A stretch of DNA of 64,000 bases from Octopus vulgaris (lineage: Eukaryota). Shown one piece after another: positions 55,022-64,000 of the stretch. The stretch spans positions 50,034,001-50,098,000 of the forward strand of contig OX597824.1 of NCBI GenBank assembly GCA_951406725.2, read 5' to 3'. A model generated the notes under the pieces. That model was not told the origin of the DNA, did no database searches, and worked only from the letters and a program-made list of their open reading frames with translations. A program made the translations under genes and the position numbers. Positions within the stretch are counted from its first letter, which is position 1. Each line of letters begins with the position of its first letter.

Positions 55022-55232
55022 GGCAATGAACTGGTAGAATCGTTAGCACGCCGGAGAAAATACTTAGCGAAATTTCGCCCAACAATACGTTCTGAGCTCA
55101 AGTTCCGCCACGGTCGGCTTTGACTTTGATCCTTTCGGGGTCGATAAATTAAGAACCAATCAAGTACTGAGGTCGATGTAATCAACTATCCCCTTCCCCA
55201 CAAATTCCAGGCCTTGTGCTTATGGTAGAAAT
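55021..55232 (+). mobile_element. SINE
   Basis: Family head gaactggtagaatcgttagcacgccgg and core. Confidence 0.82.
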
Positions 55233-56969
55233 GATTATTATTATTATTATTATTATTATTATCAATTTTATGGAAAAATATTATAATGGCGGAGTTGTTA
55301 GAGCACTGAACAAACTATCTTATAACATTAATTTACGTTTATTTATGGTGTGTGTTCAATGATTGCCAGGTTAGACTTTGCCTTTCATCATTCCTCTGCA
55401 ATAAAAACTAATAATATACTGTTGTAGCATTGGATACATGATTGTGCGATTCTGGGAAGGTCTATTTAAGTGCTTGGCTCTGTGTCAGTCTCAATTTTGA
55501 TAGAAAGTGGACAATGTAGTCAATCTTAATTACACTGTGTAATGAATTTTTTTTTGTCTTTGGTTAGTAAGTGTTATTTCCAATTTGTTTCTATATAGAA
55601 ATCAAAGGAAATGACTACTATTCCCTTCAAACTTTACTTTTGTGACCTGGACATCAATGTTTTGAAATTGACTTATTTTTCATTACTTTCAGACAGATTC
55701 AGCGCTGAGTTGCTGAAGCAGAACAATCGTTTTAACAAATATTCTGCTCAGTGGGCTACAGCAAATATTCTGCTCAATATCACAGATTTGTTTGTCAGTT
55801 GCTTGACCTTAACCACTTGAGCATGTTCCTTAGGGGCTGCCTATATGTGCATTTCTGATCATGAGTTTATAGTTATTCTTTGGGGGTCTGAATTAATGTA
55901 ACAAAAGCAAAGTTTGAAGGAAATATTAGCCATTTTTCATATTTTCTACAGGTAAGCAAATAGGTAATAGCAATAACTTTTCATGGTTAAGAGGAATGGT
56001 TATGTGGAAGTAAAACAAATCAACAAGTTTTCTGGGTTTTTTTTATCTCCATTAGTTGTCATAAAGTATATACGACTAGATTGAAACATCTGTTTTGTAT
56101 CTTGTGGAGGGGACAGGTTCCTTTGACTTAATGTCTATCTGTTACTATTATCCATTCCAGAAACAAAGGGGCCATTGAATGCTGTAGCTCATTATGCGAA
56201 AATATTCCCCGAGGCTGCGAAAATCTACAGAGATTCACGAAAAGTTCGCAGTTTTAGGTGTTGTTTGTTACACAGGTGTTTCCATAGATCATCTCTTTAA
56301 TTGCAATCCTTGAGGAAACAGTCTTAAGATAGGTGTTTCGCATCTACAGTGTTTCGCATCAACAGTGTTTCGCAGTTCTCTCATAGTTGGTCAATGCAGT
56401 CATTCGAACGATGAGCCTTGCGTTCTATCAAAGGTTGGTGATGGTAATGGACAATTATTATTTCAATGAAGTGTAACTTTTTTGTTTTTGGCTAATCCCT
56501 AAACGCTTTTCAACACTTAGGCATAAATACTTGTTATGAAGTTACAATCAATGGGTGTAATTTAGCCACACAAGGTTCCTTGTCACTCTCACCTTTCAGT
56601 TAATTTACTGGCTGGGGAAGCGCTTCTCCTATTATTCTCATCTTACTTTTCATATGATCGCTGTAAAACTTCATGAGGGTTTCACCGAAGTAGAAAGTGT
56701 CTGTCTTCAATTTTCGTACTCTCACTCACCGTACGTGTTATGCTATACACATGAAGTAGAGGAAACTTGTTCGCTCTTTGTTACGAAACGAAGGCAGTCA
56801 GAATCTTTACCATTGACTTCTTGGCAGCTAGATATATCCAACACGTAATAACAAGACATATATATTTTGCCGGACCAGCAATTTAGATTAAATACGCGTG
56901 TGCGTGTGTTGCAAGTCTGACGTGTCAGCTTTCTTAATATTTATTAATAATATGTTAGATATATATATA

Positions 56970-57712
56970 TTGGTTTCAAATTTCGGCACAAGGCCAGCAA
57001 TTTCAGGACTATGTCGATTACATCGAGCTAAGTGCTCAGCTAGTACTTATTTTATCGACCCCGAAAAGATGAAAGGCAAAGTCGACCTGGGTAGAATTTG
57101 AATTCAAAACGTAAAGACGGACGAAATGCCAATAAGAATTTTGCAAGGCGTGCTAACGACTCTGCCAGCTTGCAGCTTTATGTTAGGTATACATATTATT
57201 TTCAAATATGTATGTAGTTTGTGTTATTTCCTGGTCGGGCCTCATTGTCAGGATCATATATTAACGAAGACATTGCAACTGTTTCAATCTTAATTTTATA
57301 CTGCTGGCAGAATCGTTAGCATACCGGGCAAAATGCTTTTTCGGTATTTCGCCCGTTTTCACGTTCTGAGTTCAAATTCCGCCGAGATCGACTTCCCCTT
57401 TCATCCTTTCGGGGTCGATAAATTAAGCACCAGTCGAGTACTGGGGTCGATGTAATCGACTAGTCTCCTCCCTCCAAATTTCAAGGATTTTTATTAAGGC
57501 GGCGAACTGGCAGAATCGTTAACGCGCCAAGTAAAATGTTTAGCAGTACCTTTTTTGTAAAGACTTCCTGAATTTAAATATTGCCGGGGTCGACTTTATC
57601 TTTCATCCTTTCGGGGTCGATAAAATAAATCCATCAAGCACTGGGGTCAATGTAATCGACTTAGCCACTCCCAACCCTAGTTTCAGGTCTCGTGCCTAAA
57701 GTAGAAAGAATA
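56970..57712. mobile_element. SINE cluster: one minus copy (about 56970-57175) and two plus copies (about 57300-57485 and 57497-57712)
   Basis: The family core cctttcatcctttcggggtcgataaa appears in each. Confidence 0.82.
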
Positions 57713-57719
57713 ATCTATA

Positions 57720-57760
57720 CTAGCTGAAAGACCACCCTCCGGGCGGTTTTCTGCTGGCCC
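57720..57760 (-). mobile_element. Helitron-like 3' terminus (extent of the element unresolved)
   Basis: Minus strand hairpin accgccc-gga-gggtggt, then CTAG|T. Confidence 0.5.
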
Positions 57761-58006
57761 CTTGATAATAATTTCACATTTGATTCCCAATTCTAATGAT
57801 TTTTATATTTTGTGTCCAATTATTTCTTTGTATAATAGTGCTCACTTGCTTTGTAAATATTGCTTTCATTATCTTATCACTGTCATAATCCCTATTTTTT
57901 AAACAAACATTACGGTAGTCCAACAACAAGGGAAGCAGTTTGTCAAATTTTACCTTCCCCTCAAAGCAAAATTTCAATTCAGCAGCCCTTCTGTAAGCTT
58001 TGCAAT

Positions 58007-58056
<50 letters not shown>

Positions 58057-58991
58057 GAGGGAGAGAGAGAGAGAGGTGGGGGAGAGAACATCGCAAACAA
58101 TGAATAAAATAAACATGAAATGAAAAAACGTATAAATATAATGACATAACTACAGATGTATACACCCCCGACTTTGTTGCCTCATGACATCCAGAAAAAT
58201 GGATACTTTTTAACAAAATTTTCTACAAATACCGTTTAGATGTTGTGGCTTCAGAGTATGTAGGGATTTATGGGAAATAATTTTTCCGAGGGGGTGGAGA
58301 GAGGAGTTTTGAAAAATACACACAATCTGACTTTTTTCCCTCATAACTTTCAGGAAGATGGGTATCTTTTAATGAAAATTTATACAAATCCCTTTCAAAC
58401 AGCACCGAGTCCTCATTATTAAAAAAAAACAACCTTCGAAATGATGGGTTGGGGGCTTCTTTGTAGGAAAAAAAATTTGTAAACTCTTTTCTTTTCACAC
58501 CTCACTCCCTCATCATGCCACTCCGGATCTATTTTGGCCAATTTTTTTTGCATTTCAAAACCATGGGAAGAGCATTTTCGTTGAAAAATTTTTTTAATTG
58601 TTAATATTTTCAGAGAGAAAAGTGAGTGGTTTAAGGGGACTTGGCTGTTGTTTCTAGCCTATGCGAAGACAACCCTCCTCGTTTCTTTATCACTTTCGCA
58701 TGTATTGATGGTTTTCATTATTTTCCCCCATAAATATATTTATATGCAATAAAAAAGAAAATTTGAGAAGTTATGAATTTTTTGCAACCCCACTCCCTGC
58801 TCCCGATTGTTTCTGTTTAATATTGGAGAGCCTGAGAAGGTCATTGTTGACATCCACAGTGATTTTTAAAAAGTACGCAGATGTACTTGCATAGCAAGTG
58901 ACTTGATCTGAGATCGTGTGCTGAAACAAAATCAATTGCCGCGTAAATGTTTGTAAGCTATTAAAGAACACACAGAAACTGTTAGTTTCAT

Positions 58992-60190
58992 GGCACTACT
59001 TAAATATACAGAGGTTCCTAGGCATCTACGTAACGATATGAAGGGGAGGGTTAGTTTTAGGTTTAGTTTCAGGGTTAGGGCTAGTTTTAGGGTTAGTTAG
59101 GGTTAGGGTGTCATTACACGACCACACAGCGTACATGAACATTTTTTTGTACGTATCACCTGTATTTAAGTAGTACATCTATATTTAAGTAGTACCGTTA
59201 AGGGACCCCTGTATTAAGTATTAGGTCGTCAAGTATGACATTTGCAGTAAAGAAAAAAGTTTGCTAATGTTTCATAAATAAAAGGAATTGTTTTATTCAT
59301 CCAAGTATGTACCCATATTGTCAATACACTTTTGCCATTTCAGCGGTAGCTTGTCCACCCCGGAACTGTAAAAGTCAGGCAATCTAGAGTCAATAAAATC
59401 TTGGAAGGCTTGTTTTATAGCATTGTCGGAATTAAATTTTTTCCCATCAAAAAGTTATCCAAATTCTGGAAGAAGTGGTAGTCAGTGGGGGAAAGATCAG
59501 GTGAGTATGGTGGATGATGGAGAACTTCCAACTCCAGATCCAGTAGTTTCGCCAATGTCATTGTTGCGATGTGTGGTCTGGCGTTGTCCTACAATAGAAT
59601 AGGAGTGGATCTGTTGACTAATCTATGCTGTTTTATTGTAATTTTCTGCATCATTTGGTCCAGTTGGCTGCAGTATACTTCGGCCGTGATCGATGAGCTA
59701 GGTTTAATGAAATCATAATGGATCACACATGCGCCAGATCACCAAACACACACCACCAGCCTCTTTTGATGAATTTTGCTTTTTGGTGGCTCGTCTTTAT
59801 CCAACGATTGTATTGAACGTTTACGGTTATTGTATTGGATCCATTTCTCATCACATGTTACAGTTCGATTCAAAAATGATTAATTTTTGTGACGAGAAAG
59901 TAGCATAATGCAGGCTTCAAACGTTGCTGTTTTTGATTTTCATTGAGTTCGTGTGGAGCCCACTTATCCAACTTTTACACTTTGCCGATTTGATCTAGGT
60001 GAGTCGATAATTCACGGGCACTTTGAGATGGATCTAACTCGACGGTAGCTTTCTTTTCTTCATTATTCACCACTAAAAAAAAAATTGTAAAAAATGATTT
60101 ATAAATACTTTATAAAGCGCAAAATGAGTAGCTGTCAAAGTTTACTATATACCTTAGTATAAATTTCATACTTGACGACCTAATAGTACC
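58992..60190. mobile_element. Merlin-like MITE (about 235 bp net) with TTAGGG-like internal repeats; its right TIR is split by a mariner
   Basis: 8-bp TSD agtttcat at 58984-58991 and 60191-60198. Termini GGCAC.../...GTACC. TIR ggcactacttaaatatacag versus ctgtattaagTA|TAgtacc. Confidence 0.8.
59221..60183 (-). mobile_element. Mariner transposon, internally deleted (963 bp)
   Basis: TIRs ttaggtcgtcaagtatga / tcatacttgacgacctaa with TA duplication. Motifs WAPHEL, TCDEKW, DNARPH and HPPYSPDLSPTDYHF. Confidence 0.93.
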
Positions 60191-61000
60191 AGTTTCATTC
60201 AACATTAAAATTTTACTTGTACAAAATATTTTCTTCTTTTAGAAACCGCAACCTGTTCTCTGACAAAACTTCGCAAAAGTAATGCGGCACGAAGTTTTGT
60301 CAGCGAACAGCAAACTCACACACACTCGCACACACGCATTTATTGCCTTTCATTTGTGTGTATGTGTATCTATGTGTGTGTGTGCGAGTGTGTCACTGTT
60401 GAAGTCGCTCGTGCAACTTGTTTGTGTATATATTGACTTTGTGGTACAAAGTGTTTGGAAACTGTGAATAAAGTGTAAGTTTCGAGTACTTGGTAACTTT
60501 TTTCTCCTCGTCTTCTAATAATAATTACCCAACTTTCTAGGCTTTTCTCACAGCTGTCCTGTGTTTAAAAATTATACGGGTATTTTAAAAGTTTTCATTA
60601 AATAAATAATAAATTACGTATACATTAATAGAATAAACTGTCGGTTTTCCAAATTGCAAATTAAAACTTAAAAGAGAAAGTGAGAGACTTTGCAAATGAG
60701 AATGGAATACTCCGCAGTGAATGCAATGAATATTTAAATTTGTGAATTGGACGCAGTGAATGCAATGAATATTTAGATTTGCGAGAAACTGGAGACAAAA
60801 AAATTTGAGAAGCTTGAGAAATCGAAATTATAGGAAATTTCTTAGTACATGAATTTATAAAAATATTTCCAGACAGTCAACCCTTTTAATAATACTTTTA
60901 ATAATAGTACTTTTAGTAATTGTTACATACTTAATTTATAAGCAGCTTTTTTATATCCCCTGAGAGGATATAAAATTACATCTAAAGTTTTATTACACAA

Positions 61001-61506
61001 CTAGCAGTATCGCCCGGCGTTGCTCGGGTTTGTAAGGGAAATAACTATATAAGCATTTTTAGAGAGTTACTTCCCTTATAAATTCGGGCTTTCTTAGCCA
61101 TTTTTGTTTTGGTGTCTTCAAGCCATGAAATCGTTGTTCTAAAAGAACGCTGGTCTCCTTGACAACGCATTACGACGTTGATTTCTTTACACTCCCTTCC
61201 CCACAGCTTCACGAGGGAGGGAAGGGGGAGAAGCAAACAGGTGCAGCTGTGAGCGTGGACGCCAACTCCGCCGCCATCGACACACGATGTATTTTATGCA
61301 TTAAAATGGAATAAAAAATGATGTTAAATTATTTTTAAAATCGTAGACTCATCGTTGACGCGCGCTAATACTCAGACGGGCTCGATATGAATCACGACTA
61401 TAAGATACCCGAATTTGGTTAAACTGCACCGCAAAATGTGGGAGGAGTTAGGAATCTAAATCGAAGGGGACAGACACTCACACAACTAGAGTTTTATATA
61501 TATAGA
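61001..61506 (-). mobile_element. Non-autonomous Helitron, 506 bp
   Basis: Minus strand starts A|TCTATATATATAAAA and ends with hairpin cccg-agcaacgc-cggg, then CTAG|T. Confidence 0.88.
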
Positions 61507-61719
61507 TGTACCTTCTCTGTTTAGAAGCAGGTCCTGTCTGATTTAACAACAATTTGTCTGCTCTTTAATGGCAGAATAAGCCACCACCTTTTCTTGGATT
61601 GATATTTGTCCGCAGTAGCGGGAGAGTGAGTTCGATTTGATCTCTCTCCATCTCAATCCCTCCCACACTCAGTGAATCTGTCTGGTTGTCTGCCTGTCTG
61701 CCTGCCTGCCTGCCTCTCA

Positions 61720-61783
<64 letters not shown>

Positions 61784-62649
61784 TTCCATCTCTCTCTCTC
61801 TCTCTCTATTGTATTTGAATTCTCTCGTGCTTTCCTCGTAGATCTCTACAGTATTACCTCTGTCACGATCTGTTTCTCGCTTTATTGTTTTGAAACGGGT
61901 GTGGGGAGAAGTAGATGTGTGATAAAATTGGGTATGGAGAGGAAAATCACGTTCACGCTTTAAATCTGCTCCCCCACAACACGCCCGGCCCCACTGAACT
62001 AGTTACGAACCATTAATATATTATCTACTCGCTCAATTAGTGAACTACAGTTTGATGGGGGCACTAACAGAGATGAACAAGGCAAGAGCTAACGTGGAGG
62101 TGGTGGACAGAGATAAGAAGAGAGACATAGAATTGGATTAAAGGAACATTAGATAGAAAGACACAGAGAGAGTTTCTTTTTACTTCTGGTATTAAAAAGC
62201 TCATGTAAACCTTCATTTGAATTAATTTTCAATGAAAAAAAAAGTAAATAAAAGCGTTATATGGTCATGGGGTTAAATAAAACCTGTGAATGCTAGATAT
62301 TAGATATTATAGGTAAAGATCACATTTCGTAGCCTTTTGACCCTTTGTGACTTTTTAACAGAATAAATTTGCTTATCATTTGCATGAACGTGTAAGTCTT
62401 AACTGGGCAATCATTTAAAGCGGTCATTTGAAATATTTTGGTGAAAAGTTGCGAAGTTAGAGTAGTTTGATTTTTCCGCACCCCTAATTTTCTGCCGCCA
62501 GCTGTAAAAGTGGGCGTGGTCAAAAAGTCCATGGTGAGTATCTTCCATCCCAGTTTTTTTTGCAACATCAATTTTCTGACTTGTTGGACCCAAGGCTACA
62601 TGAAAATGCTCATTAAAGTAAATCAAAAGGGTGGTGAACCATGGCCTCC

Positions 62650-63179
62650 ACTAGCTCATGGCCTAATGCACTGCGGTTATCCTGGAACATCGCCTTAAAG
62701 GGTTATAATCGAGGAAATCGACCCCAGGACTTATTCTTTGCAAGCCAAATTCTTATTCTATCGGTGTCTTTGGCCGAACTGCAAAGTTACGGGGACATAA
62801 ACATACTAGCATCAGTTGTCAAGCCATGGCAGACACATACATACACGCACACACGGCGGGCTTATTTCAATTTCCGACTACCCAATCCATTCTCAGGGCT
62901 TTGGTCGGCCCAAAGTGTCACGTAGTGGGACTGAGCCTGGGACCAGTTGGTTGGGGAGCAAACTTCTCACCACAAAGCAAATTTTGCGCCTCAATATATA
63001 TATATATTCTTTTGTTTCAGTCTTTAGACTGCAGCCATACTGGGGCACCGACTTGAAGAAATTTAATCAAACGAATCAACCCCCAGCACTTATTTTCTAA
63101 ATCCGGGTACTTATTCTATCGGTTTCTTTTGCTGGTCCACTAGGCTACGGGGACCATAACCGGTTGTTTACAAACACAG

Positions 63180-63222
<43 letters not shown>

Positions 63223-63375
63223 CATGCATACACATGCACACACACATATTTATATACACGACGGCTTTCTTTTTTAATTTCCGTCTGTCAAATCCATTCA
63301 CAAGGCTTTGGTTGGCCCGTGGATAGAGAAAAGACTTGTCCAAAGTTACACGCCGTGGAACTGAACTCGGAACCA
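62650..63375 (-). mobile_element. Two tandem degenerate SINEs of the 20824-21246 family
   Basis: aaatcgaccccaggacttattc / aatcaacccccagcac tails and cacaaggctttggt bodies. Confidence 0.75.
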
Positions 63376-63921
63376 CAAACACACACACAGGCACAAAGAC
63401 GCCTTTACACGTATGTATAAATGAGCAGAGAGGAACAATTGAGAGTGACAATTGATATGTATTTGAGCAACATAAACAAATACAGGTATACCAGATACCA
63501 TACAACATAGATTCCTGTTTATTAAAATTATCTCCGCCTCCATAGGACGTATTTCAATTATTAATTGTAAACTGAAAATCAGTTCTATATGAAATGGAGA
63601 GATACCCTATAGAATCAAGAATTAACCAAAGTTGACAAGCTATTAAGGAAAGGACACATACATATATTTACACATAGAGATGAACATACAGACATATTCA
63701 TATATTGCGTACAGATACACATAAATACATATGCATAATCACATACACAGACACACACGCATATATACTCATTTATACATTCCTACATACTAATATGCAT
63801 TTGAATACATGCAGTCGTACGTATATACATATGCACTCACATGCACACACATACATATATATATATACAAACAAACACGTTTATATATATGTATATATAT
63901 ATATATGTATGTATGTATATG

Positions 63922-63954
<33 letters not shown>

Positions 63955-64000
63955 GAATATAGTTGAAAAATTTCGTTATAGGTATAAATATACCATAAAC

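Noticed and set aside
59047-59109. Telomere or chromosome fusion scar
   Set aside because: A short degenerate tract enclosed by MITE TIRs and TSD.
60712-60782. 39-bp tandem duplication (cgcagtgaatgcaatgaatattta...)
   Set aside because: A simple two-copy local duplication with no further structure.

Overview
This is repeat-saturated eukaryotic intronic or intergenic DNA, most likely from an octopus or other cephalopod, judging by the SINE families and the extreme microsatellite load. No host protein-coding gene can be supported, and most listed ORFs are microsatellite translations. The recognisable content is: a full-length but decayed Tx1/L1-clade LINE (35701-42909) sitting in a (TATC)n array, plus two RT-deleted relatives; a near-intact R4/Dong RLE-type LINE (49953-53838, minus strand) in a (TAA)n array, plus three 3' fragments; two mariners; MITEs (pogo-like, Merlin-like and one with GGATC termini); a non-autonomous Helitron; many tRNA-derived SINEs; and numerous Penelope-like (PLE) remnants and foldbacks lodged in (TA)n. 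The PLE-like pieces carry several hammerhead ribozyme (HHR) motifs. Some are conventional type I motifs with palindromic stem III, and one is a minimal U3-A8 variant. The top lead is a hammerhead whose three core strands occur in reversed, non-circularly permuted order, seen in two sequence-divergent repeat families (45340-45400; 13866-13927 and 14522-14583) with covarying stems. All structures were read by eye and none were computed.
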